Part shown: piece after piece, positions 1-13,013 of the stretch
Layout of the letters: each line of letters opens with the position of its first letter
Numbering within the stretch: position 1 is the stretch's first letter
Source of the DNA: Octopus vulgaris
Lineage: Eukaryota
Length of the DNA stretch: 64,000 nucleotides
Reading direction: 5' to 3'
Assembly (NCBI GenBank): GCA_951406725.2
Contig: OX597817.1
Span: forward strand, 162,254,001-162,318,000
Translations under genes and position numbers: made by a program
Notes under the pieces: generated by a model
Database searches by the model: none
What the model saw: only the letters and a program-made list of their open reading frames with translations
What the model was told of the DNA's origin: nothing

Positions 1-328
1 TGTTAGAATGTTCAATTTATATATATATATAAAGTCTTATTTTTCTATCTAAAAAAGTATTTTAAAAATATTTTCTTCATCAAAATGCTGAAACTACAAT
101 AATTTTTTCCCATAGATCTACTTTATTCATAGTACCTACATTGCATAAGAATTTTAATTTTTTTGATAAAAAAAGTAACAAATTATTTGTTGCTTGAATT
201 CAAATATAATCTTTTCCTCAATTTTTCTATCTGAAAATGTGGGTGAGACTTATAAAAGAATGCATATTATACGGTTGGAAACAAGATATGATGGCGTACT
301 TGGGAGTTTTTGTATGTGTGTATACATA

Positions 329-663
329 GGCGTAGGAGTGGCTGTGTGGTAAGTAGCTTGCTTACCAACCAAATGCTTCCGGGTTCAGTCCAGCTGCGTG
401 GCAGCTTGGGCAAGTGTCTTCTACTATATCCTCAGGCCGACCAAAGCCTTGTGAGTGGATTTGGTAGACGGAAACTGAAAGAAGCCTGTCGTATATATAT
501 ATATATACATATGTGTGTGTGTGTGTGTGTGCGTGTGTGTGTTTGTGTATGTTTACCTTGGGCAAGTGTCTTCTACTATAGCCTCGGGCCGACCAAAGCC
601 TTGTGAGTGGATTTGGTAGACGGAAACTGAAAGAAGTCTGTCGTATATATATATATATACATA

Positions 664-694
<31 letters not shown>

Positions 695-1071
695 GTGTGT
701 TTGTGTATGTTTACCTTGGGCAAGTGTCTTCTACTATAGCCTCGGGCCGACCAAAGCCTTGTGAGTGGATTTGGTAGAAGGAAATTGAAAGAAGCCTGTC
801 GTATATTTGTATACATATATATGTGTGTGTGTGTGCGTGTGTGTGTGTTTGTGTGTTTGTGTGTCTCTGTTTGTCCCCACAACATCGCTTGACAACCGGT
901 GCTGGTGTGTTTACATCCTCGTAACTTAGCAGTTCGGCCTAAGAGACCGATAGAATAAGTACTAGGCTTCCAAAGAATAAGTCCTGGGGTCGATTTGCTC
1001 GACTAAAGGCGGTGCTCCAGCATGGCCACAGTCAAATGACCGAAACAAGTAAAAGAATAAAAGAGTAAAAA
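329..1071 (+). mobile_element. tRNA-derived SINE family A, with an internal ~158-bp segment triplicated
   Basis: A/B-box-like head (TGGCTGTGTGG...GGTTCAGTCC), CORE-like CCTTGGGCAAG, internal microsatellite, tail GGCGGTGCTCCAGCATGGCC...GAAACAAGTAAAAGA; TSD GTATACATA at 320-328 and 1072-1080. Confidence 0.9.
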
Positions 1072-1627
1072 GTATACATAAATACATACATACATGCATG
1101 TATTCTTTCAATTGTTTCAGTCATTTGAATGTGGCCATGCTGTAGCACCGCCTTTAGTCGAAGAAACTGATGTTATTGTTACTATTATCATCATCACCCC
1201 TATCATTGCTACAACAACTACTACTTTTATTATTATTACTATTATTGTTAATAATGAGCTAATGTTCTATTATTTAATTTGCTAATTATAGAATTAAATT
1301 ACATGGATATCGTTAATTTTATTTCCTTATTGCTATTTGATATTAATTAAGTATATTTCTTTAGGATTTTATTTAATCAGCTACTCTTCTTGCTATTGTT
1401 TACTTGATTTCTATTCTAATTTCAGTATTACGTGTCATTCAATCATTTAAGTCGATTAAATGTATATTTTAACTTATGAACACATCGTACGCCTTCTCGC
1501 GTCTATGGTTTATAAATTTGTAATTTCGTGCAAGAAAAAAAGTGGCTGTGTGCTACTTACCACACAGTCACTATACATACATACATATACATACATACAT
1601 ACATACATACATACATACATACATACA

Positions 1628-1660
<33 letters not shown>

Positions 1661-2172
1661 GATTTTGATTTGATTTTGATTTTTCCAGTTTCAGCTAATG
1701 AGCTGTGGCCATGCTGGGGCACCGCCATTTGGTTTGCTACACGATTTTACCTCACGGATGCTTTTTAGCAAACGCCATCTGATGCATGAGAGAGTTCGTT
1801 GCAGCTGCCCTCATCTGCACCTCCTGCCATGAAGTTGGTTCATCCGGGACACCTGACAGGAAGAAATCCAGTCCTACTTTAAAGACATCCGCATCTACAC
1901 CATGCAGGTCCCTCAGGTTCTTCGGGAGGATATTGAAGAGCCGTGGGCCTCTGAAGCCCAGGCTATCACAATATCTTGTCCTACATCTTGATGGCAAGTT
2001 TGGAGGCCTTGGTACTACGCAGTGGCGTCCGGTTCTGGCATTTGTGTGACTCTCGATGCCAAAGTCTGGGACAAGTCCTTCCAGGATCTTCCAGATATAT
2101 ATTATGGCATATCTTTCTCGCCTACGCTCCAGGGAATAGAGCTTTAATCTCTTGAGTCTTTCCCAGTAGCTC
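1661..2172 (-). mobile_element. 3' end of a CR1-group LINE (ORF2 C-terminus, 3' UTR, short tandem tail)
   Basis: ORF 1752..2249 contains YWERLKRLKLYSLERRRERY...GPRLFNILP...FK..LD.FL, typical of the CR1/L2-group RT C-terminus; followed by a hairpin and an (AAATC)n-like tail. Confidence 0.85.
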
Positions 2173-2214
2173 ATATATATATATATATATATATATATGT
2201 ATAAAAAATATATA

Positions 2215-2509
2215 TAAAAATACAAAATGGGACAAGAACAGCAAAACATTCAATTAGACGATACGAAAACGGACGGGCCATTCGAAGCCTCTAATCTTCA
2301 GTCAAGAACCGGATCATCCTCGCAATTTCGGCTGATTAATCTTGAGATTGCTCCGATCTGGCCAGCCCCAAGGAAAAACTAAGCTATGAGCATTAGATTT
2401 CTTGGGAAAAGGATCGAATGTATACGAAACAAGGACAGAGAAACGGACGATGTTACACGAAAATAAATACAAAAAACAAAAAGTAATACGAATGTAAATA
2501 CAAAAAAAC

Positions 2510-2561
<52 letters not shown>

Positions 2562-2608
2562 GGACAAAAACAACAGGTGTCTTTCGACTTTAGACAATTC
2601 AAATTAGC

Positions 2609-2610
<2 letters not shown>
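2215..2610 (-). mobile_element. Penelope-like pLTR fragment (same family as 52538-52998)
   Basis: Aligns by eye to 52538-52998; bounded by (TA)n tracts. Confidence 0.55.
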
Positions 2611-2667
<57 letters not shown>

Positions 2668-2669
2668 TA

Positions 2670-3046
2670 GACGCAGAAGTGACTGTGTGGTAAAAAGCTT
2701 TCTTCCCAGCCACACGGTTCCAGGTTCACTGGCACTTTAGGCAAGTGTCTTCTATAGTCTCAGGCCGACCAAAACCTTATGAGTGGATCTGGTTGATGGA
2801 AACTGTAAGAATCCCGTGGTGCGTGAGTGTGTGTGTGTGCTTGTCCCCGACCGCCCCCGCCCGATATCCAATGCTGGTGTGTTTACGTCCCGTAACTTAC
2901 AGATTCGGCAAAACAGGCCGATACAATGAGTACCAGGCTTAGAAAATAAGAAAAGAGTTCTGGGGTCGATTCATTTGACTAAAATTCTTCAAGGCGGCGC
3001 CCTAGCATGGTCGCAGTCTAATGACTGAAGCAAGTAAAGAGATAAA
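2670..3046 (+). mobile_element. SINE family A, diverged copy
   Basis: Head, CORE-like block and tail recognisable. Confidence 0.8.
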
Positions 3047-3126
3047 ACACTATGTGTGTATGTATGTATGTATGTATGTATGTATGTATGCAAGCAAGTA
3101 TGCATGCATATAAGTATGTATGCATT

Positions 3127-3198
<72 letters not shown>

Positions 3199-3523
3199 GT
3201 CAGTAAATGGTGGGGTTGTGTTAACCGCGCGTGGAGAAATGATAGTAGAGGAAAAATTATAACAGGGCAGAATGCTAAATTGAAAGTAAATTGTATGGAA
3301 AATTAAAAAAATTTTCCATACACCCATTTTTATTAAAATTTACTTTCAATTTAGCATTCAACCTTATAATTTTTCCTCTCCTATATATATATATATTAAT
3401 AAAAGGAATTCCAACCTTGTCTGATTTTCACGTTTTATTTACAATCTTATAATGATATAATATAAGATAATATAATATAATAAAATAAAATAAAATAATA
3501 GAATGTTAAATGTTCATTCTGAT

Positions 3524-3568
3524 TGAACTAGTACTTTCATGCATTAAATTCTGCAGTCTTCAGGTTCA
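3524..3568 (-). ncRNA. Minimal type-I hammerhead ribozyme motif
   Basis: Minus strand TGAAC-CTGAAGA-cTGCA..TGCAt-GAAA-GTAC-TA-GTTCA: canonical core, 5-bp stem I, palindromic stem III. Confidence 0.7.
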
Positions 3569-3610
3569 TGTAGTAGTGGTGACAGTCATGCTTCACAATT
3601 TTTGACTGTC

Positions 3611-3688
<78 letters not shown>

Positions 3689-3774
3689 CATACCTAATAC
3701 GCTCGTGTGCACTTGGACGTGAGAAGACCTTTCACTGCGAAAACAGTCTCCAGAGAATATTCTTTTCTACTCTA

Positions 3775-3975
3775 TTCAGAAGGCCCGAAATTTAGGGGAG
3801 TAGTCCATTCGATTAGATCGACCCCAGTATGCAACTGGTACGTAATTTATCCACCCCGAAAGGATAAAAGGTCAAGTTGACCTCGGCGGAATTTGAACTC
3901 AGAACATAAAGACAGACGAAATACCGCTAAGCATTTCGCCCGGCGTGCTAACATATCTGCCAGCTCGTCGCCTTT
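3775..3975 (-). mobile_element. SINE family C (Meta-domain-like)
   Basis: Head GGCGACGAGCTGGCAGA, B box GAGTTCAAATTCC, central CCTTTT.TCCTTTCGGGG...AAATTACGTACCAG block. Confidence 0.8.
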
Positions 3976-4736
3976 AAGTCTCGAGAGAATATTGGCTTCA
4001 TAGTCATGTATAAAAACGCATCATCCGGCTATGAATAACGTAACAACGTTACGCACAAAATGACAGCTTCCAAAGCCTGTTTACTTATTGGGTGAAAATG
4101 ATAAAATATTAATGCTTTATAACTTTTTTAAAAACATTTTTCTGGAGAAAGTGAAATAACTCCAGCAATTCAGCTCGGAAAAGTATATTAATGTACCAAA
4201 TTTTAAAATTTTCGATTAACTTTAACTTGTGAAATGTTGGCAGCCAAAACAACTAGATCTGAGGAACCGACTCCAGTACAGGAGTGGTACTTTATTTATC
4301 GACCCTGAAGAGAAAAAGACGTGAACTCGCCCTCAGCGGGTTTTGAACTCTGAGCATAAAAAGCAGAACGATTACTGTAAAACAATCAATCTGAGACTTC
4401 AACGACTCTACCGACTGAATGCCGTGGTATGCACGCGCGCACGTACACACATACGCGTGCGCATATGGATTTATGTGTATGTGTGTGCGTATATATATTA
4501 ATTTTTTTACTATAATCATTTCTTAAATATAGCCACGAAACACGTGTCGTTATTCTACCAATTATATACGTTTTTATTATTTTTTTGCAATATACTTAAT
4601 CATCGGTATTTTATTGTTATTTCAATTTTAATATTTCTATTATATCTAATTTTCTAGATGGTGTAATTTAATTGTTCATTTTGAATTGATAAAAGGTGGT
4701 TTTTCTAATTTATATATATATATATATATATATATA

Positions 4737-4983
4737 CCGGAGTAAACACATAAATGTGAAACAAGGTGGAAAAAAGAGTACTCAAATACCAGTGGTAGAG
4801 TAATATGGTTTATTTAAAGCAGCAGAAAATTCAACAAAATCTGTTACTCTTAAAGGTGTAGCGTTTGTAAGAGTCTAGATTGAATTGATATATCGGTTCC
4901 ATTCTAGCAAAAACTGTCTGTTGAACGGCAACGAGAAACTCAGAGTAACAGATTTTGTTGAATTTTCTGCTGCTTTAAATAAA
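4737..4983. mobile_element. Penelope-like fold-back remnant with hammerhead-like motif
   Basis: Perfect 42-bp inverted repeat 4809-4850/4942-4983; motif CTGT-CTGTTGA-ACGgcaaCGA-GAAA-CTCAGAG-TA-ACAG; flanked by (TA)n; left part recurs at ~52400. Confidence 0.65.
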
Positions 4984-5015
<32 letters not shown>

Positions 5016-5560
5016 TCACACACATAAACAAAAGCTACATTGTTATGTGGTATCATTCACGCGAAATACAATTTTCCTTCAATTGCTTTCTATAATAACT
5101 TAATCTTTCCCTCTTTTTGGGTTAGACCTAATTATTTATTGTCCATTATAAACCAGAGGCTGATAGCTTTGATCCAGTTAAGTTCTTAGTATTCCCTATT
5201 GTCTTTGTGAAAAGGATTTTTTTCTCCCATTCCATCATCGAAATTAATATTCAGTAAGAAGCATTGAGTAAAGGATTAAATTTATGTTGAAGTATTCTGT
5301 ATTGTTGCACCTATTTCATTTTTCTTTTTGCTTTTCTTTTACATTGTCTGTTGAATCGCGTTTTACTAAGTATGTCACCACAAATATTATCCATACTTGA
5401 TGGTTAATTAGACGGCCTTTGTTTTTAAGGAGCAGGTATGACCGTGCAGTTAAGAGACTCGCTTTGCAGCCGCATGATTTCGGGTTCAGTTATGCTACTG
5501 TAGGTATGGGCTGACCAATGCTTTGTGAGGAAATTTGGTTGACAGAAACTGAATAGAAAC

Positions 5561-5810
<250 letters not shown>

Positions 5811-6566
5811 ATGTGTATGTATGTATGTATACATACATACATTTATATTATTATATTTATATTAGTAATAGTATAAAAATATTGGTTTCAAGTTTTGGCA
5901 CATGGCCAGCAATTTAGAGAAAGGGGTTAAGTCGATTACATCAACCCTAGTGTTCAACTGGTACGTAAAGACGGACGAAAAGCTGCTAAGCATTTTATCA
6001 GGTGAGCTAACGATTCTGCCAGCTCACCACATTAGTAATACTATAAATATATTATCTATGAGGCGTACCAATGAGAGAAGATATTAATACATTTCTATAG
6101 AAGATGGAAAAACTAACACGATACGAAACGCCTAAGTTCATACTGTGTGTGTGTGCGTGTGTGCGCGTGTGCACGAGTGTGCACGCGCACGTGCATATGT
6201 ATCAGTGAACGATATACACATCGGTGAGAAAAGGTCGATAAATCGCCGTGTCCAACAAAAAACATGTTGCATTTCTCATTCCGCTCGAATTGCACAAACA
6301 ACTTTTTTGTCACTGTTGGCATCAGAGATGCAATGAACCAATGACTGGCCAATTGCAAAAAGTCAGAACCCTACAAATGAACAATGCTGTTGTTCACAAA
6401 ATGCCTGAATGACTGATATATATATATGCATATATATTACATATGTTTATATGTGTGTATACATGATGTGTGTATGTACGTAAATATATACATACAATAT
6501 GTGCACATATATATAATGTGCGTATTTAGATGTACGTGTGTATATATATATATATATATATTATAT

Positions 6567-6627
<61 letters not shown>

Positions 6628-6840
6628 TATACATATATAAATATACACACACATGCAGAGGGAGAGACAGACAGACAGACATACAGACAGACAGACAGAC
6701 AAATAGATTGATAGTTAGATAGATAGATAGATAGATAGATTGATAGATTGATTGATTGATTGATTGATTGATATGCATACATATACACATGCACACACAC
6801 ATTCATGCACACGCACACGCATACACACACATATATATAT

Positions 6841-6915
<75 letters not shown>

Positions 6916-6993
6916 TACATATATATGAGTATATACATGCAAGTATATTTATAATCCTATATCTATCTATATAAATAAAATATATAAATACAC

Positions 6994-7243
6994 ATAGTTG
7001 CAATTATGTTAAAGTATCGGATGTCCAAATTTGGCCAAATGCGTTTTTTCTAATATTCATTTTTGCTTGCAATACCCGGTTCTTTTGATCAAATTATCGT
7101 ATCTCCAGCTGCTTCCGATGCCAAGATATCAAAAATTTCTCAAAGTGCAGTACAACAGTTTTGCTATGGAATGGTGAAACTATTTTTTCGTTTTCTAAAA
7201 AGCAAGGTTTCGGACTTACGACACTTTTGCATAATAGCAACGA
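6994..7243. mobile_element. MITE with degenerate ~36-bp TIRs
   Basis: ATAGTTGCAATTATGTTAAAGTATCGGATGTCCAAA matches the reverse complement of TTTCGGACTTACGACACTTTTGCATAATAGCAACGAT. Confidence 0.6.
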
Positions 7244-7271
7244 TACATACATACATACATACATACATACA

Positions 7272-7303
<32 letters not shown>

Positions 7304-7321
7304 CATATATATATATATATT

Positions 7322-7408
<87 letters not shown>

Positions 7409-7430
7409 TAATGCTCGGGAAGTGAATAAG

Positions 7431-7468
7431 TCTTTAACGTTTCGAGCCTGCGCTCTTCCACAGAAAGG
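7431..7468 (-). ncRNA. Minimal hammerhead-like motif (variant core CUGUGGA) in a Penelope-like fragment
   Basis: Minus strand CCTTT-CTGTGGA-A-GAGCgcagGCTC-GAAACGTT-AAAGA. Confidence 0.55.
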
Positions 7469-7819
7469 AGCTCAGAAAGAATCAGGGAGAGAAAATAAAG
7501 AATGTGTAGTGGCTAGCGATCTATCATGCCGAAGTTCGGGCAGAAGGGTCATAGCAACGATATACACACATACACACACATACGTGATGCAGAGTGAATC
7601 AAAAGTCGCGTTGCCATTCATATAAATACACAACCAAAGGACCAAGGTCATTTAAGCTTCTTAAATGTATATCTCATCTCCTTGTCTCTTTATCTTATCT
7701 AATACTTCCCGTCTCATCTACACACCCTTCAGTCACATCTCCACCACAGCCTTCCTCCACATGCCCACTGTTTTCATTAAACTCTCTAAAAAAATCTAGT
7801 CTCTAGTCCCCTCATTGAC

Positions 7820-8613
7820 TTGAACCATCGAGCGGTAGAGGATGAACAACCAACGGCGGCGCGGTGTGGTGGTGCTGATACACGATGTGGTGGTCCACGA
7901 GTGGCACGCCCCGACTGGTGATCACAGCAGCTCATTCCACACCGAGAGAGCAGCATTTAACGAAGTCCTCCGGTGGCTAGGGGCCAATGACAACTCTCTG
8001 CAGCTATAGTTTGCGATTGGAAATCATTGGTTGAAGCGGTACACAACCCGTTCCCCCAGACCCGACAATTAGAGAATTGCAACAAACAGCAGCCCTAGTA
8101 GCAGCTGGCAAGATTTTGACGGTGATCTAGGTGCCGGGCCATTGCAACCTCCGCAGCAATAAACTCCCAGATATGCAGGCGAAACGTGGCTCGGCGCTGC
8201 TACAAGCGGATGCCGCTATCGATGCAAACCATTCGTCAGGCGGTTATTCGTCGAACGTTCCAACCAACGCCAATTCAACAACCCTGTCAGAAGGAAGTCT
8301 TTACGAAGGAGCCGGATGAAAGAACCGAAGCAACCCTCTCAAAGGCAGACTTCACACACGTGATACGCTTCCGTAGTGGTCACCATCCGGCACTTAGGCG
8401 GTGGCAAAAGATGGCAGGACGCAGCGACACAGATCAATGCAGACTCTGTAACGAGGAGGTGGAATCTGCAGAACATCTCTGGCTGAGATGTCCGGCCCTG
8501 ATGGTGGAACGCTATATCCGCCAACTGGGGGCTACAATGGATGAGATGATTCGTCTCCCTTCCGCGGCTCTAGCGCTTCTGAGAGTTATACTCAGGCGCT
8601 TGAGGTTACCACC

Positions 8614-8682
<69 letters not shown>

Positions 8683-8690
8683 AATAACAA
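7820..8690 (+). mobile_element. Decayed 3' end of an RNase-H-containing LINE (I-group-like) with (CAA)n tail
   Basis: Frameshifted RNase H motifs SSFHTERAA, IVCDWKSL, (W)VPGHCNL..N...D..AK.G; CCHC knuckle CRLCNEEVESAEHLWLRC; ends in (CCA)n(CAA)n. Confidence 0.85.
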
Positions 8691-9112
8691 CAGCTACAGG
8701 CTGGAAGAGGCTTTGTGGCAGGCCTGCATCAGGTGGCTGAACGTAATTGGAGACCGCCAGCGTCGGTGAGCACTGGTGGCTCTGATTGACTCTATGGATG
8801 ATGAAGTCTCTGGGACCACAAAGCCGTGATGACTCTCCCATCAAACAAGAGCAGGAAGCAAGCAAACAAGCAGTGCGTGAGCGTGCTTTTCTGCGTGATG
8901 TAAACTTATTCAGATGATGGCATTTACAATACAAGTTGTGTTTCTTTCGTCTCCGAAATTCACAAGAAATACGACCATTCTTCATCTGAGTAAACAAATG
9001 TTTCCACCCTAATTTATAATATTGAGTATTTTACCATCAATTGCGGCTCCTCTAGGTTTTAAACAGATGTGTGTGTGTGTAAGAGAGAAAGAGAGAGAGA
9101 GAGCATAAATAA

Positions 9113-9813
9113 AAATGAGCAAAGGGAAATAATTCAGTGTCCGTTGGTATGTATTTCAACAACATAGACAAATTACAGGTATATCAAATACCACACAACA
9201 TAAATTCTTGATTTATTGAAATCTTTTTCTCTATATGTGACATAATTACTAAATAGCAATTAAAGCTTAATTCCACACGAGAAGGGGAGAGAATCTCAAG
9301 AATCAAGACCTCTCCAAAGTTGACATGTCATTAAGCAAAAGCACAGGCTAATTATCTGGAGATAAGAAGACAATCGTAGGAACATGTTTTTGTCGCAATA
9401 AGCATCATCAGCACAATAATTCTCCTAATCTATCTCTAGCAAACAAGTCGAGTAGTCGTGCTTCTGGCACTTTAACTGTCACCAGCAAAGCAATTGCCTA
9501 AGCTTATTACTTGTAGCCAAAGGAATTAGACTTATACAAAAAGAAAAGAAAACCTTTATGACCTATTTTTTTTTTAAATGAGCTAAGGAAAATAATCCGA
9601 AGTGGCGGTTGGCGTGTATTTCAACAACATAGATAAACCCAGCTGTATCAAATACAATAGATCATAAATTCTTGATTTATTAAAATGAGCTCTTCCTCTT
9701 GAGGATGTGTCATAATTACCAAATAGTGAAGATCAGCTCCACACGAGAATTTGAGGCGATCTCAAAAGACAAGTTCGCATGACATTATGGAAAGGGGTAG
9801 GTCTATTGTCTGC
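9113..9813. repeat. Diverged tandem duplication (~463-bp period) of unique non-coding DNA
   Basis: 9113-9358 versus 9576-9813 share identical blocks TGTATTTCAACAACATAGA, CATAAATTCTTGATTTATT, CATAATTAC, TCCACACGAGAA. Confidence 0.85.
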
Positions 9814-11113
9814 TGGACTGTCGTGGACTCGTGTCTCTTGCTCAATATGTGGACCATCATAATTTAGTTGACAGTGCTACGGTAGATATGTTAACCAACT
9901 GATAAATAACAACAGCTTGAATTTTTATTTTCTTCTGAAGATCTGGCGTTTCAGCGTTATTACGCAATCGTCCTCGTAACCATTACTACTAGTGAAACAC
10001 GTGTAAAGCTTATGTAATTTATGATGCAAAATATTTAAATTAACTCCCCATATATATATATGTGTGTGTTATTAGCAAACTATGTAACCGTCCAGTAAGA
10101 CTGAACTCGAAACTACGTGGTTGCAAAACGAACTTCTTAACCACACAGCCACGTCTGCGTGTAAAATATTGGGCGTGGATGATAGAAGGGATTAAGGGGA
10201 AAGAGAGATAGATATGAAGAAAAGAGAAGAGAAAGGGAAACGAGAAAAGGGAAATTAGATAAGAGAGATAAAGAGAGCGGTTGAGGGGGAGGCGAACAGA
10301 AACAAGGATGTGCTGTTTCAGTATTACAGCATAGGATCTTGTTAAGAGTAGTTATTTGTATATATTTAAGGCCAGTCATAACGTCAGATCACCCTCTGAT
10401 TGTGCAGACTTATGATAAAAAAATTTCGACCCGTGACCATCCATCCTGAGTTGATTTGAGATACATTGCATCTTGAACTTTAAAATGGATTTTTATTATT
10501 ATCGTGTTTATTAATTATTTTTGTATGACAACAGGGGTTAATTGGGATGAGATTTGACTGCTATGTCTAGTAGGGCGAGCCAGCATGTAGAAGACGACCA
10601 CAATGGCTCATTTTCAGTCGGTATTTCATGTAGCCGTGAACAAGAAACGTTGCTCTGAAAACACACAATAGCAGCCATTGTCTGTTAGAGAGAAAGAGAA
10701 AAAGAGAGAGAGGGGGAGGAGAGAAAGATAAAAGAAAGAAAGAGAGAGAGAGAGAGAAAAGGAATAAGTTGTTGTTGTTGTTTAGTTTGGTATTGCTTTT
10801 ACATTTGTGCTTGTTTTGTTGTTTTTAATGATAGAGCTGGTTTAAACCGGCTATGTGCAGTGAGTAGTGGAGGGCGAAGGAAACTTACAAAGAAGGGTGT
10901 ACACACACACACACACACATACACATGCATGTGTATGTGTGTGAGTGAGTAGAGTGTACATAGAGACATACATACACACACACACACTCGCACACATCAC
11001 ACACACACACACATAAAGACGGAAATTATCTACGGGTAATGGGTTGGGTGGTGAGTATGTGGTGTGATGTAAACCAGTTAGATTTACCATCGCCGACACT
11101 GCTGCTGCTGCCG

Positions 11114-11201
<88 letters not shown>

Positions 11202-11397
11202 ACGCATCACCTCTATCACCCATACCGCTGTCACCATAAATATCGAACGAGGGATCCGCAATCTAGTTGTTGTTGTTGTTAATATCGTTGTTTCGCCGCC
11301 CCAGGTCAAACCTGATCAAGTAAATCTGTGATCAAAGGCAATCCATCCGTGACCATCTCATCATTTCTTTTACTTACTGGGAACGTATTATAGCATT

Positions 11398-11428
<31 letters not shown>

Positions 11429-11611
11429 TTAATATTTCGATGGCGTGTGATATTAGGAAAATTTGGTTACTATTTCGGGCAGATTGAGCGACCTCGTTGA
11501 GGATCGCTCGTTGGTTCAATCCTACGTGGTAACTCTTGTTAGAAATGCTAGCCAAATGTACCTCATTTTACATAAAGGAGGTAAGGACACATACTATTCA
11601 GAAGACGTGGC

Positions 11612-12043
11612 GGCGATCTTTCGTCTCTAGTAGACCTTTCCGTCGATTTCCGTAAAAATTTTTTTTTTTTTTACATATGGGCTTGCGGGAACTTTTGAAG
11701 TAATGAGAGCGAAAAAGACTAAGAGAAAGCGATTGTATGACGAGGGAAGTTCTTTTGAAGTTACCGTGCATGGGAGCATTGATGGACATGTGTGTGTGTG
11801 TGCGTGTGTGTGTTTGATGGGGTGTGGGAGACAGACTGTTGTGTAAGTGAAGTGCTTCTGTTAGTGTGTGTGAAGAGACAGAGAGAGTAATGTGTGAAAG
11901 AAAGAGATAACTGAAATTTTTTACTCGGTGTATGTGTATATGTATGTATATTACTTCAAAAGTTCCCGCAAGCCCATATGTAAAAAAAAAAAAATTTTTT
12001 TACGGAAATCGACGGAAAGTTCTACTAGAGACGAAAGATCGCC
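11612..12043. mobile_element. Merlin-like MITE
   Basis: ~93-bp near-perfect TIRs starting GGCGA (fits GGNRM); 8-bp TSD GACGTGGC at 11604-11611 and 12044-12051. Confidence 0.85.
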
Positions 12044-12149
12044 GACGTGGCGGATCATGGTGAGAATGCCTTTTATTATCGGTCTGTTTGACTCGATTGG
12101 AGCTGACCAGGGGTTAAACAACAACACTAGGCCAGCCGGTCTGGGGGAG

Positions 12150-12303
12150 GGGCTAAGTTGATTGCATCGATGCCAGTGTTCAACTGGTACTTAATTTTAT
12201 CGATCTTCAAAGGCAAAGTCGACCTCGGCGGAATTCGAACTAAGAACGTTAAGATGCTAAGCATTTTGCCCAGCGTGCTAACGATACTGCCAGCTCACCG
12301 CCT
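12150..12303 (-). mobile_element. SINE family C, diverged
   Basis: Head and Meta-like block recognisable. Confidence 0.7.
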
Positions 12304-12676
12304 TCTCTAACAAAGTCGTATTACTAATACTACTCGTAATCCTAGTACTAAACCCCATCACCACCAACACTACTACCCATGTTACTAAAATGTCATCGCT
12401 AGCACAATTACCAATACAAACACTGTGTTCCTACATTCTGCGCCCCGAGTTCAAATCCCACCACAATCAACTTCTTTTGTCTCTTTTTTCCTTTTCTTTT
12501 TTTTTTTACTTTTTGGTGGTAATGGTGGTGGTTCTATAAAATGGCGAATTTTGGAGTAACTGTCTTTTAGGACACGAATTTGTTTTGTGTTTTTTTTTTT
12601 TTCCTTTTGTAAAATTTTTATATTCCTGCGTTTCAAGCGGCTAAGATAGCCATTATCTGTTATCTGTAATATTTAA

Positions 12677-12943
12677 GTGAAGCCACATGGCTTAGTGGTT
12701 AGAATATTCGGCACACGATCGTAAGGTCGTGAGTTCAATTCCCGGCCACGCTCCTCCAGTCCACTCGGCTGGCAAAAAAGAGTAGGAGTGGCTGTGTGGT
12801 AAGTAGCTTGCTAACCAACCACATGGTTCCGGGTTCAGTCCCACTGCGTGGCATCTTGGGCAAGTGTCTTCTGCTATAGCCCCGGGCCAACCAATGCCTT
12901 GTGAGTGGATTTGGTAGACGGAAACTGAAAGAAGCCTGTCGTA

Positions 12944-13013
<70 letters not shown>

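Noticed and set aside
9145-9200. miRNA hairpin in the conserved duplicated block
   Set aside because: Only the terminal 6 bp pair, and I recognise no known mature miRNA
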